A stretch of DNA of 64,000 nucleotides. Origin: Lytechinus pictus. Its lineage: Eukaryota. Below the pieces are notes generated by a model that worked only from the letters and a program-made list of their open reading frames with translations, searched no databases and was not told the DNA's origin. Below, in pieces: positions 34,365 to 48,000 of this stretch; the stretch's first letter is position 1, and the number at the start of each line of letters is the position of its first letter. The position numbers were made by a program, and so were the translations under genes. The stretch lies in the NCBI RefSeq assembly GCF_037042905.1, contig NC_087250.1, positions 7,628,001 through 7,692,000 on the forward strand. Direction: 5' to 3'.

Positions 34365-34954
34365 AGGACAAGTCCACCCCAACAAAAACTTAATTTGAAT
34401 AAACATGGAAAAGTACAACAAACATAACACTGAAAATTTCATCAAAACCGGATGTAAAATAAGAAAGTTATGACATTTTAAATTTTCGCTTAATTTCACA
34501 AAATAGTTATATGCACATCCGGGTTGGTATGCAAATGAGGGAACTGATGACATCACTCACTCACTATTTATTTTGTATTTTATTGTATGAAATATTCTAA
34601 TTTTCTCTTCATTGTTTTGTGAAACATAGTTTTATTTCACCCTGAACATATAAAATTACCATTGTTTAACATTTTATGGTTCAGTCAAGTTGGTTCTTAC
34701 TGTCAAATCTTTTAAAAATGAAGTATTGTATAATTCAAACAATAAAAAAAAAATAGTGAGAGAGCGACATCATCGATTCTTTCATTTGCATGTGACAAAA
34801 TTGTACATATAGCTATTTTGTGAAAGATAAGCAAAACTTTAAAATGTCTTAACTTTCTTATTTTATATCCGATTTTGATGAAATTTTCATTGTATGCTTG
34901 TCTGATTTTTCTCTATTGATTTAAGTCAACATCTTTCTGAGGTGGACTTGACCT
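34365..34954. mobile_element. Kolobok-like MITE (AGGACAAGTCCACC family)
   Basis: aggacaagtccacccc ... ggtggacttgacct|ttaa; decayed relatives at ~4520-4915 and ~4920-5460. Confidence 0.7.
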
Positions 34955-37739
34955 TTAACATGTTTAATGTAATATAGATTGATAAAGCGCTATATAAATG
35001 CCAATTATTATTATTATTGAAAAACAATAAGCATAACACTGAAATTTTCATCAAAATCGGATGTAAAATAAGAAAGTAATGACATTTTAAAGTTTCGCTT
35101 AATTTCACAAAATATGTTATATGCACATCCCGGTTGGTATGCAAATGAGGGAACTGATGACATCACTCACCAGGGGCCGCGGAACGGTGGGGGGGGGGCT
35201 GATCATGCAAAAAATCACAATCATATGGTAATTTTTACGTTTTGTACACGGTTTTGGAAAAAAGTGGGGTGGGCTGAAGCCCCCTCCCCCCCCCCCCTTC
35301 CACGGCCCCTGTTTTATAGGTTTTCCCGTCCAATGTCATATAGGAGTCACTTAAAATTATCTATGGGGATCCAAATTCACGCGATATCGGTCATTAAAAT
35401 TTCAAAATCAGACAATGGAATTCATTTGAAGACACTAGAATTCATTTTATAATCATTCAAATAAATTGATGGTCAAGACTATTTCAAATTTGATCATTTA
35501 GATATTTGTCACGTGCTTTTGATTCCGTTCTTTAAGGCAAAGAGGTTCGTTAGTGGTCTTATAACTTAACGAACTTTTATTCTAAATTTCAGGCAATGAA
35601 ATTCAGGAATTACTCATTCAATTTAATCAACAATGACCGATAGGATTGCTTGAGCAACCAGTTTCATTTTTTAAATTCAAATTAATGATGTGTAATTCTT
35701 TTGTTTTACATGACATCTGTATCTAATATGTAAATATATCAATATATTTATAACAAAATTAGAATTTTTATGCACTGTGGCTAAATTGTTTTAATTTGTT
35801 TAGCCCAAATTTAAATTCCCACAATTTCCTTAGTTTTCATTATAAACACACATTTAGCATCTTTTGCAAAGGGATTTTCACCCGACAATGCTGATTGTGC
35901 GGGCATTATCATTTAATGTTTTATTTCTTCTTTTTTTCTGTTCTTTTGACTTTATTACAAGTCCCAAGGGCGGATCCAGGATTTTCCAAAGGGGGGGGGG
36001 GGCATTTAGTACAGAAAAAAATTGACAACCTAAAAAAAAAGATCTTCACTACAAAATCGAAGTCATTTGTTGAAGGAAAGAAAAATTTATGGCATTTTCA
36101 TAAGCCAGTCGACTATATTTCAAAACTATACACTATTAATGCTATGGAGTCAAATTTGACTCGGAATGACGCTAGCTGTGAGTCGACTCTTACGAGTTAA
36201 AGTGCCTAAAATTCCTCATGAATTTGACCCGGAAGAATGTTGCATCAGCTGAAAAATCACTCAATGCCGAGTCAAATATAACTCGGAAACTACTCACTTT
36301 GACTCAAAAGAGGGGTAACTCCTTGCTGGCGCAATTCCGAGTCAAATTAGGCTCATCGGAAATAGATGGGTGTATAAAGGGCCATAATTTAATCCGGAAT
36401 TTGAGATCAGACTTATATGTGAAAGATGCACTGATTACACAAAATACATTTGCATTTGCTTAAACAATAATTGTTCAATACCATTAAAGCTTACCAATCT
36501 TTCGCTTAATTTCACAAAATATGTTATATGCACATCCCGGTTGGTATGCAAATGAGGGAACTGATGACATCACTCACCAGGGGCCGCGGAACGGTGGGGG
36601 GGGGGGGCTGATCATGCAAAAAATCACAATCATATGGTAATTTTTACGTTTTGTACACGGTTTTGGAAAAAAGTGGGGTGGGCTGAAGCCCCCTCCCCCC
36701 CCCCTTCCACGGCCCCTGTTTTATAGGTTTTCCCGTCCAATGTCATATAGGAGTCACTTAAAATTATCTATGGGGATCCAAATTCACGCGATATCGGTCA
36801 TTAAAATTTCAAAATCAGACAATGGAATTCATTTGAAGACACTAGAATTCATTTTATAATCATTCAAATAAATTGATGGTCAAGACTATTTCAAATTTGA
36901 TCATTTAGATATTTGTCACGTGCTTTTGATTCCGTTCTTTAAGGCAAAGAGGTTCGTTAGTGGTCTTACAACTTAACGAACTTTTATTCTAAATTTCAGG
37001 CAATGAAATTCAGGAATTACTCATTCAATTTAATCAACAATGACCGATAGGATTGCTTGAGCAACCAGTTTCATTTTTTAAATTCAAATTAATGATGTGT
37101 AATTCTTTTGTTTTACATGACATCTGTATCTAATATGTAAATATATCAATATATTTATAACAAAATTAGAATTTTTATGCACTGTGGCTAAATTGTTTTA
37201 ATTTGTTTAGCCCAAATTTAAATTCCCACAATTTCCTTAGTTTTCATTATAAACACACATTTAGCATCTTTTGCAAAGGGATTTTCACCCGACAATGCTG
37301 ATTGTGCGGGCATTATCATTTAATGTTTTATTTCTTCTTTTTTTCTGTTCTTTTGACTTTATTACAAGTCCCAAGGGCGGATCCAGGATTTTCCAAAGGG
37401 GGGGGGGGCATTTAGTACAGAAAAAAATTGACAACCTAAAAAAAAAGATCTTCACTACAAAATCGAAGTCATTTGTTGAAGGAAAGAAAAATTCAAGCCC
37501 CTCAAAAAAGGTCCCCAATTTCCTACATGAATGACACATTCCAGTGAAAAAATTGTGCCTCTAAAAGTGGATCCGCCACTGACATGTCTCTTTTTATATT
37601 TCAATTTCATGGGTGATCCTAGGTATGCCAAGCATGGCGGATTTGGAAAAGGTGCATGGCTCCATACACCATCAACCGGTGCCTTTATTCTGCCTTTATT
37701 CTATGAAAAAAAACCATTATATATATGTCCAGATCCTAT

Positions 37740-38051
37740 GCCCCGTATTCTGAAGTCAGGTTTAAGTTAAACTCAGGTCTAAAGTTGTGGTTTAAGTATG
37801 GACAGCCAAAAGTATCAATTTTTTTTATTAAGTTGTACGTTTCTTATGTTTGCTGTGCTCTTTCTTGATTCATCGATGGTGAAGACAATAATTTATATAT
37901 ACTTCCTAGACAATTATGAATGATTTGAGAGCCAAATGAGCTGAAATATGATATCCCTACTGTTAGTGATTTATGTAACAATTGGCTGTCCATACTTAAA
38001 CCACAACTTCAAACCTGAGTTTAAGTTAAACCCGACTTCAGAATACGGGCC
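37740..38051. mobile_element. MITE related to 330-635
   Basis: gccccgtattctgaagtcaggttt ... aaacccgacttcagaatacgggcc. Confidence 0.75.
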
Positions 38052-38076
38052 TGTGACTTCAAAACAATTAGCACCG

Positions 38077-38314
38077 TACTGCAAAAACTCCGGTGTTGAT
38101 TTAACACCAGCCCGGAATCTATTTATGTCCACACCAGAGAAGTATTGAAACAACACCAGTTTGGAATGAAACCGATGTTGTTTTAATACTAATTGGTGTT
38201 GTATAAACACCTATCTGGTGTTAGACCAAAACGAAACTGGTGTTGTTTAACACTTCTCTGGTGTGGACATAGATTCCGGGCTGGTGTTAAATCAACACCG
38301 GAGTTTTTGCAGTG
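38077..38314. mobile_element. CACTG-type MITE, inverted relative to 26189-26429
   Basis: actgcaaaaactccggtgttgatttaacaccagcc ... ggctggtgttaaatcaacaccggagtttttgcagtg. Confidence 0.8.
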
Positions 38315-40499
38315 CATGATTGGGCACAAAGTTACACAATAACATCTAAAAATTGATAAGAACCATATTTTTAAAGGAAACCAAAACCCAAGAAGAGAAG
38401 CAATCTTTTTGGAAAGGGTAAAAATTACATCTTGCCTCTTAATCTGAGCACAACATATGTCATGGGAAAATATATAATTCACACCACTTATGTCAAGGTC
38501 AGGAGGGGATAACGTGATTATGTAAAATAAAGGGGAAAATCTGAAAATTTGTGTACAAAACAAATGGAGAGTTGTCCAAAATATCAGCCGGTATTTTGAA
38601 GCACGTTTGCCAATTTGAGGATCCCCATAGAAAGTACAACAATACTTTTTAAACGTCCATAACTTGCTTATTTCATAACCGATTTTGATGAAACTTTTTT
38701 AAATTGTTCCTCTCATTTTACTCTTTCCAATAAAAAGCTCCTCTTCTTCTTAGTGTCTGGTTTCCTTAAAGAGTAGAGTTCATGTAAAATAAGGACGCTC
38801 ACCTGTACTTTTAAAAAAATATGTCTAGTCATGAGTCATTGATTATACTGTCTTGTGTTATTTTCAGAACTATACAGAAGACAAATCGTGATAAAATCTG
38901 GAATATCGTGTTTGTTCTTCATTCCTTTTATTGACATTCCCTAAGGCCTATATTTTCGAAGTTAGAATGGCATCGAGAATTTCAATCTCAATTTAAGCAC
39001 CGTCATCATCAACATATACAGAGACCTTGCTTCGATTCAACATAGACTGTGAGACCAGGTCCATAGTGAGACCAACGTCCACCAATATAGTAAGTTGAGT
39101 TGTACATAGTGGGCAGCGTACTGAGTCAAATATTTTGAGGGGCCACAACACGACGTATGTATAGAAAAATTTTAAAAAGTCGCGAGAGGACTAAAATTTT
39201 GGCCATTTTTCAAAATACAAATCTAGTGATGATATTTTGTTATTTTTTCATGACATTCAACAGATAATAGGCATATACCATACAAGTTACATTTATATAG
39301 CGCATTCCATTAATATTTCAATTCGCCTTACAATACAGCATACATACAATAATATATCACTTACCCTCAGATTAACAAAATACACATTAATATTATGAAA
39401 TGTATACATTAACATACATTATAATCATATCACATTCTTTCCATTTCTTTCCTTTTCTCCTACACTTCATGGAACCTTCCTCTCTTTCTTCTTCCCATTT
39501 TTAAATTTTATTATTATTATTATTATTTTTTTTTTTTTTTTTTTTTTTTTTGGGGGGGGGCTTTATCTTATTTGGCTAGGCCGCCCAGCCGCCCTGGCCC
39601 AATGATCAGGGTATGAAGATATAGCTTTTCAACGAACAAAGTTGACTACTGGACATTCTTCTGGGGACCGGTCTTACGAAGCGTTGTGATAGATTCAAAT
39701 CAAACGCAATTTACGATTGATCCTAATTTGTGTAGTTAAGAGATAGGAATCTTGGATCAATCGCACTTTGAGTTTGATTTTAGTCTATCGAATCTCTTCG
39801 TAAGACCAGGTCCATGGTACGACCGTGTGCCCAGGGTTCTAATTTAAGAGATTGATGATATTTGGTTAGGCCAGATTATTACAATCGGGATAAACAAAAG
39901 AAGAAGATATGGTTGCTACTTCTCTGTTGAACAAGGGCCTTTTCACACGTGAATCTTCCGCCTTTTCACACGGTGCCGAAAAAAAAAATCGTAATTTGAA
40001 TGATGATTCCAGTGAAAAATAATGCTAATGACGAATATTTACCACGAATGAAACCAAACTAGAACATGATTAGAATCACTAATGCTAATCACAGTCACGA
40101 TTGCAACTTGATAGCAATCATCATTACAATGATGATTCAAGATTCACGTGTGAAAAGGCCCTTGAATTATCATTGTGATAACTCTGATTACGTTCGTGAT
40201 TCTAATCAAGTCCAGTTTGGTTTCACACGTGCCAAATATTCGTCATTAGCCTTATTTTTCACTGGAATCATCATTCAAATTACGATTTTTTTTTTTACCG
40301 TGTGAAATGGCGGTAAATAAGTTTCCGAAAGACCCAAACCATGACATGGCAAAAATTAGAGCTTTAACAAAAGTGGTCCAATAAGGAGTTGACACCGGGA
40401 GTTGACAATCGGGGTCGTCATCCTCATCTCGATTGAATTATTTATACATGTATAGAGTTAAGACCCAAACGTCTCAATTTTATAGGCCCCTATACTGCC

Positions 40500-40950
40500 C
40501 TTCCTTCTTTTGGTCTTTCCTTCTTTATTTATTTCTTCATCTTTACTCCTTTTTCTTTTTTCTTCCTGCCTTTCTTCTTTTAATTTCTGTCTGTTTTTGT
40601 TATTTCATCCTTCCTTCCTTTTATTTTTTCTTTCTTTCCCTTATTTCTTCCTTCCTTCCTTTCTGCCTGCCCTGTTTTTGTTTTATTTCTTCTCTAAGTC
40701 CTTCCTTATTTCTTCCTGTCTTTCTTTCTCTTCTCTTTCTTTCTCTCTCTCTCTCTTTCTTTCTTTCTGTCTTCCTTTCTTTTTTTTCTTTCTTTCTTTC
40801 TTTTTTTTTTCTTTCTTTCTTTCTTCCTTCCTTTCTTTCTTTCTCTCTTTCTCTCTTTCTTTATTTCTTTCTTTCTCTCTCTCCCCCCTCTCTTTCTTTC
40901 TTTCTTTCTTTCTTTCTCACTCTCTCTCTTTCTTCCTTTCTTTCTTGTTT
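40500..40950. repeat. (TTTC/TC)n polypyrimidine tract
   Basis: Directly visible; source of Phe/Leu/Ser-rich ORFs. Confidence 0.9.
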
Positions 40951-41238
40951 CATCTATCGTTTTCTAATTCTCCGTTTCTCTCCCATTTCTTTATATTTTC
41001 ACTATTTCAAAAATCAAAAGGGGCGGAAGCCCCCTGCCCCCCCCCCCCCCCCCCCTCGTGGCGCCACCCTGCAATGATAGATTGTTGGTTAAAAGTCCAT
41101 CTCTAAAACCATTCAGGACACATTGAATCCTGGCTTGAACCCGCTTCACGTGATCATTATCGCGGCTCCTCGAACATTGCCTAAAAGGGTGCTTTGTGAA
41201 TTAATTTTGTTCATTGATTTCATTGAAGCACTGACACG

Positions 41239-41431
41239 ATGAAGTCGTCGATGATCTCGACCGTACTCCTTTCGATGGCGATGTCGGTCGTCATCGCTTC
41301 ACCTAACGGACCTCCGGTAACAGTACCAGGTCTGTGCGAGAACATGGTCCCTCAGCACGGGCCTAGCGATGCGACAGGAGATGCCCCATATGCCATAACT
41401 GCGACCAAGCAAGCTGATAATACATACACTG
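41239..41431 (+). CDS. Reeler gene exon 1 (signal peptide and Reeler N-terminus)
   Basis: MKSSMISTVLLSMAMSVVIASPNGPP...ADNTYT; donor g|gtagat. Confidence 0.85.
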
Positions 41432-41999
41432 GTAGATTTCATTACATTTATTTATTATTTGTTGATTGATTGATTAATTGATTTACTGATTTATAAATAC
41501 TTTATTTATTCATTTATTATTTATCCATCTATCTATCTTATTTGGTCTATTTTATTCATTTATTCAGTTAGTCATTGATTTATAATAATATATTCATTCA
41601 ATAATTATTCATAAACATACCATTCGGTTATTTGTTTTTATTTGCTATCTTCTTTGTTCGGTTAATTCGACTGTTTTACTTATTAAGTATTCCTTCATTC
41701 GCGTATCAAATCAATTATCCATCGATTGGTTTTTTATGATTCATTTAAATTTGTTTAATAAACTGATACTGGGAATTGTTTGTATGGATTCTTGGCAACA
41801 CCTGATTATTCATTGGTTACTGAAATATTCGATCAATTTATTTTTCATTGATTGATTGACTGGTTTTAATGAATTTACTGACGGATACATTAGTTGATAA
41901 ATATTGATAGATTATGGAAAGCTATTGATTGATTGGTTAACTTTAATTATTTTAATCCGTTTATTTATTACTAAAGTGATGTATTTCAATTTTGGATAG

Positions 42000-42070
<71 letters not shown>

Positions 42071-45000
42071 CGGAATTGTCTCCATGGAAGACACTTTATT
42101 AGTGATTGATGGAAGTTCAAATAGGATAAAATGTTTACATACAGTAATTTTAACATAAAAAAAGAGATTTATTCTGCAAGGCAGGAAGCTGTTTTGCCAC
42201 CTGTTGAAACCACGTTAAAACATTGTAGAAAATATAGAGGAAAGAGGAATATAAGATTGCACAAGAATGGAATACCTTGGCAATACATCTCCAGAAATGG
42301 GAACAGATTGATTTAGAGTAACGAATGGATGCGTATAGGTCATTTTTATTATTACTTTTTCCAAGTATGTCATGTATTAAACAATATTTTATAGTATTAG
42401 TCTTATGTTATTGTGTAATTTTCAGTAAGTGCTTGTGATCAAATATTACCTTTAATAATTATTTGCAATGTTCATTTCGTCTTGTAATGTTTTGTGATGC
42501 ATGTATGATTTGTTTGATTATGAAGATATTGAAATAAAAAAATGTTAAAAAAAGGACTGTTAGATGGTCGATTAATTGATGAGTTGATTGGTCAATGGCA
42601 AAAAGAAGCTGCTGAAAACTGCTTATCTAATAAAAGAGAGCCAATGGAGTAAATTAGAAAGTCAAAAGGGGCCCCCGGGGGGGGGGCCACTTCCATTGAC
42701 GAGTGGATACCATGCGCGACCACGGGGTCTTGAAAAGCACCCTAAACACGTATTTTCCATATTCTGAAAATGACCCCTTAACAAGTATTGGCGTGTGAAA
42801 CCCTACCCTTAACAAGTATTGGAAACAAATACTATTGGCAAGTATTCCCAGAACTGAGCCCCTAAACAAGTACAGCGATGTATTTTCCATATTCTGAAAA
42901 TGCACCCCTTAACAAGTATTGGAAACAAAACGATACTCTTAGCAAGTATTCCCTGAAATGAACCCCTAAACAACTACAGATATATTTTATTGTTATGTCA
43001 CGCGTCCGTCGGTCGTCGGTTTTACCTTTAGACACCAATGATTATTTTGGTTTAGTACGGCCCCACCTTCCACACCTCGTGCAAATCGGACTCTAAACAC
43101 GTAGTGTTGGGGCAAAAAGGACATCCTTTATAAAACATTTTAATTTTGTTTTATCATCCCTGCATATTTGACCCTAAACACGTATATTTTTCCGAGCGAA
43201 ATAGATACCCTTTTTTCAATATTTTTGTGTTTTTGACACCCTTATCACGTTACGTACGTAACGTGCCCTATCTTGAAAAAGACATCCTTTTTACGTGTTT
43301 TTTTGGTCGCGCATGGTATCCACTCGTCAATGTAAGTGGCCCCCCCCCCCCCCCGGGAAGGGGCCTAAGCTTTCGATCCTAGCAGAATCTTCGTCGGAGG
43401 CAAAATGACAAACGTATGAAGTGGAACAACCATAATATAGACCACAGACAAGCTCCAGCAGCACTAGAAACAAGGAGACAAAAGGGGCATTAGTGAGTAG
43501 AGAAGACCAATCAGGTTTAATAGTGAAGGGGATGAAAGAAAAGGAGTAGGCAGACACAAAGGGAAGTTAGTGTAAGTAAGGCCAGTAAAGACCTCAAGCC
43601 AAGAGGGATTAAGATAATGAGGCAGGCAACATCAAACAGGATCTGGAACAAAACAGTGATAGAGGGTATGAGGAAGAGATGAATAACAAGAGAATTAGTG
43701 AGAGGTGGGTCAAACAGGTTACAAAGAAAGGCATAATAAATTGGTCGATAGATAGATTGATTGGTTGATTGCTTTGTAGATGGATTGCTAATAAATTATT
43801 GGTTGAAAGATTTATTGATCTAATGATTGATAGATTGGTTTACTGACTATTTATTGATTTGCTATCTTTTGATTTTGTTTTCATAGTACGAATTGAGGGT
43901 GTCGACAGCTCCACTTTCCGTGGGTTTTTCATTCAAGCACGCCCCTGGGACTCCTCGTCTTCCAGCGAATCTGAGACGGCTAGTCTCGGCGTCTTCTCAT
44001 CTCAAGATACCGTTACTAAGCCATTAGACTGCTTCGGTTCCACAGGGGTAAGCAACTAAGCATATTCAATGGCATTGCATGCGGTTGCGTCCTGATATAC
44101 CTCATTTCCTTGCGTTAATAATGTTTTGCGCTAATTCGATAACGTTGATAACATTTGCATTAATTATTTCACGTTAATAACGTTTGCGTTAAATCGTTAA
44201 CGTCAATAACGTTTGCGTTAATTCTTGAATGAGTAATTCGTCGATGCTAATAACGCTTGCGTTAGTTCCATAACGTTAATAGCGTTTGTTCGTGTTAATA
44301 ACGTTTGCGTTAATTGTGAACGTTAATGACGTTAACAGGGGCCGCCGAAAGGTTTTCAAAGTGGGGGGGGGGGGGGCTGACCATGCAAAATATCACAATC
44401 ATATGGTAATTTTTACGTATTTGTACACGGTGGGGGGCTGAAGCCCTCCCCTTCCCAGCCCCCCCCCCCCCCCCCCCCCGCTTCCGCGGCCCCTGGTTAA
44501 TGCGCTAAAACCGCGCTGGTTCTCTTGCGTCCACTGACGACGTAGCTACCTACCGATTATACTGTGTCTGTCTTGCGTTGTTTTCCTTGCGTTCCTGCGA
44601 TCCCGCAAAACACTTTACGTTTATAAGACGGGGAAGACGGGATATACATATAACAGCAGATTCACTGGAGCAAAACTGATTCTCTTTGCACGAAAGCAGC
44701 AACGATGTCATATTTTTCTCCGTCTTCTGTATTTTCACGGTATTATTCTGGGATAAAAGTTAGATCTGCATTTATATACCTTGCGTGTGAAAAAAAAAAT
44801 GCGTTTCATACATAACCTATATGCGCAAGGCAAGCTCTACCAAATTCTTCATTGCTCTCAAAAGGTTTATATTGCCATAAGGTTACACGGGCCTAACTAC
44901 AACTGGCAGGCAAAAGATATTCATTCGAGCCAACCCATTCTCAATTTTTAAATTTGATATTGCTATTTGACAAAAATGAATGAATATGACTGACAATCTA

Positions 45001-48000
45001 ACACTGATTTTAGGGAGGGTACCAACTGAACTTCCTTTTCCCAAATTGGAAAGATATGTCACCACTTTGGAACTATTTTTTTTTACTGGCGGAAGAATTA
45101 GGGCCATTGTACTCTCTCAAGTGATGAATTCTGTGTTTGTGTGTGTATTTGAGTTTTGTCAGACGTGTATCAATCAGATATGATTATTTACGTCTGGGAC
45201 CGACCTTTAACGTTCGATCCTGTCAGGTGTAGTCTTTATAAATGCCGATTTATTTTCAAAATGAGCCGGTCGAGGTACGCTATTTTGGTCAGATATGGAA
45301 TGTCAGACATATATGCTATCCACTGGTAGTAAACATTCAACCCTCGAATTTCCTCCTTATTTTTTATGATTTTTTTTTAAAGTGCCACTTTAACACACGA
45401 GTCTATGGGAAATTATTTAGGCATGTGATACCCTGATCTCGTGAAATGCCTAAAATGTTCCGCCCCTTAAAAAAAAATCAGAATGCCACTGCCTTGGCCT
45501 TATATACACAACCACTCTTTGTTTGTCCGTCCGTGCTTTTAGACGATGTCGTTGATATTCTTATCTTTTTTATATATAAGATTAGGGCCTCGTATGATAT
45601 ATCATAGAGCTTAGCGATTGACCGTTGGCCTGATATTTACAATTGATTATACACAATGGTGAATGCAATCAATGGTGAAACTAGCTTTACGATCAATCGT
45701 TAGAGTTTATGTTACCGGGTCCTGGACCGGGGTAATTGTCGGTCGAGTATAGATTACTTGATTACCGTAATTACAAGACGTATGGGGTGGTTACATATAT
45801 ACGTGAAGATTGAACGAAAACAAAATATGCAGTGCACATTTAGAAATACAGATTCGAGTTTGCACCCTAAATGAGCAACTTTTGTGTGTAATCTTGCACC
45901 CTATATAAGTTGGGAAAAGGTGCAAAAATTCACCCTTTTTTAAAATTATGATTTGCACCAAGAAAATGCCCGTTTCCACCTTAAAAAGTGCAACTTTTCA
46001 CCTTTTAAAGTTGCACAATATTGACATTAAACAGTTTCAAATCTGCACCTTTATAGCAAGGTTCATTAATTATCTGCATCCTATTAGGGTGCTTAATGTC
46101 GCTAACTACGTCCGTAAAGGTACACAAATGAGCAAGCTTACACTCATTGGCCCCCCCTCCCCTTTGCATGGGTGCTGCTATATCCCAATTAGCATGATTA
46201 GGGGTGCTAATTTGAACCCCCATTTCTTAGTGTATGTGTCCCACAAAATGGAAAACGAAATGAATAATAATAGCCAATTTTTATATGGCGCTATGGCGGT
46301 CATTGGATTCATTTCAATCCCGCACGGAAAGTGCACAATTTCCACTCCCAGGGGAGCATTTCTTGCATTCATCGCAGGCTCATTATGGCGCAGGCTGGTA
46401 AATTCAAACATACAATATCTTTCGCATCCTACCGGGTACCCATTTAGCACCTGGGTCGAGAGTGGCAAAGTGTGGATTAACGCCTTGTCAAATGACGCTA
46501 GACCGCGGTGGGATTCGAACACACGACCCTCTGTTTACAAGGCGAGAGTCAGAACCACTACTCCACGGCTCTTCATTTACATGTTTTTTCCCAAACATTC
46601 CCGAATGATTTATAATATTCCAAATCACCCATTATCCATTAATTATGCGTACTCGTGATCACCCCCCCCCCCTTTTTTTTTTTTTTACACGTACAGAATG
46701 CCTGGGGACACAGCATCAACAATAATAAAACTTCGGTCGAAGGGACATGGGTTCCACCGGCAGGATCGGGCGAAGTCCGTTTCAGGTAATTGTCCAGTTC
46801 AAAGTCAATATCTTTTCCTGTTATCTTTAAGTTTTTGTTGATAAAATCACGACGAGACACTTAAAACAAAGCAGTATATATATGAATGAGCGTAATATAA
46901 TACCTGTATATATATAGCAATAAACAGTGTCCAAAATGTTTCTGTTTCTGGTTGTGGTAACTCCCGTAGGAACTCGGCAGGACAGCATTTTTGCTGGTAA
47001 ACACCAATCTGGTATATAACCAATTACCTAGGAAACATTTTACGTCTAGGTTAATCAGTCATAGTGGCTGACCTTATGTGTTATGTGCCTCAAGAATATT
47101 AGCTACCACTATACTGCTTTGTTGGAAAAGACCCGGTGGAATAAAATCCAAACGTTTTATTTAATTTAGCAGAAATTTTCGTATTTTTAATGGTTTCTGT
47201 TTGAACTTTCAATTCTTCCGATTGGATTTATACCCGAATCTGTATTTTTCTTTAATCCTCTGATTGAAATCTGTATAAAAGCTATTGATGATTAATAGGA
47301 CGAATCCGAATTATTAAATAATATTCAAGTGTGACTATAAAATCTGTTATATTTACTTTTAATATAATTTGAACTTGTCTATATTGCAGAAACAGTTATC
47401 TCTAGCATATATTGATCTTTAAATTATTACAATATCAACATAATTTATTTATGTAAGTGTCTTTTCTGGAATAGATCACTTGCTCACATTGTATATATGA
47501 TATTTAGATTGAAAATGAAAGCAAAACAAAAATAAGTATGCATGATAGAAGCAAACTAACTGTAAGTTTTTAATGTTAATCTTCGCACACTATAAGAAAA
47601 AAAGAGCTCCGCACCCTAACTGCAACTGTGCAACAGAAGGGGTATTCTTGCTCCCTAAGTTGAAAAAGAGTGGAAAATAAAAAAAATGTGTTTGCTCGTT
47701 TATACACGAGGAACTTTGCATCTTTTCGGATGCATGAACTATTGCGTTTAATAAGCAACCTGCATGGTACATCTCGACACCATTTAGGGTCTAAACGTAG
47801 CTAACTGAACACTTAAAAACTATGCAAATAGGGTCTAATGGTGCAAAGTTGCACGAGAAAGGCGCCCCCAATGTTGCATTCTTTATAAGTGCTGCCAACT
47901 TGCACCCATTTTTTCTTGGTGCGTGAAAAAGATTAGTACAGTAATGCCTACTACCCATGTTCACTTATGTTCATTTGTTTTTATTTGCACGGCCATTTTC

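Larger units (their letters stand above)
33264..37493 (+). repeat. Near-identical segmental duplication: A(33264-33678)=A'(36086-36500); B(35093-36087)=B'(36500-37493)
   Basis: Alignment by eye; identical 81-aa spurious ORFs at 33396 and 36218. Confidence 0.9.

Noticed and set aside
33396..36463. Two identical 81-aa ORFs suggesting a duplicated gene
   Set aside because: They lie in duplicated repeat segment A; palindrome-rich DNA with no protein features.
38868..39089. Possible non-coding exon (ttttcag acceptor, gtaagt donor) upstream of the Reeler gene
   Set aside because: Splice-like signals alone occur often by chance; no coding or other support.
46500..46571. tRNA-like sequences here and at 53189-53283
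   Set aside because: A/B boxes are followed by SINE bodies and no clean cloverleaf forms; called SINE heads, not tRNA genes.
45948..46658. 236-aa ORF, the longest non-microsatellite ORF
   Set aside because: It runs across a TGCACC-repeat element and an antisense SINE inside a Reeler intron; no recognisable domain.
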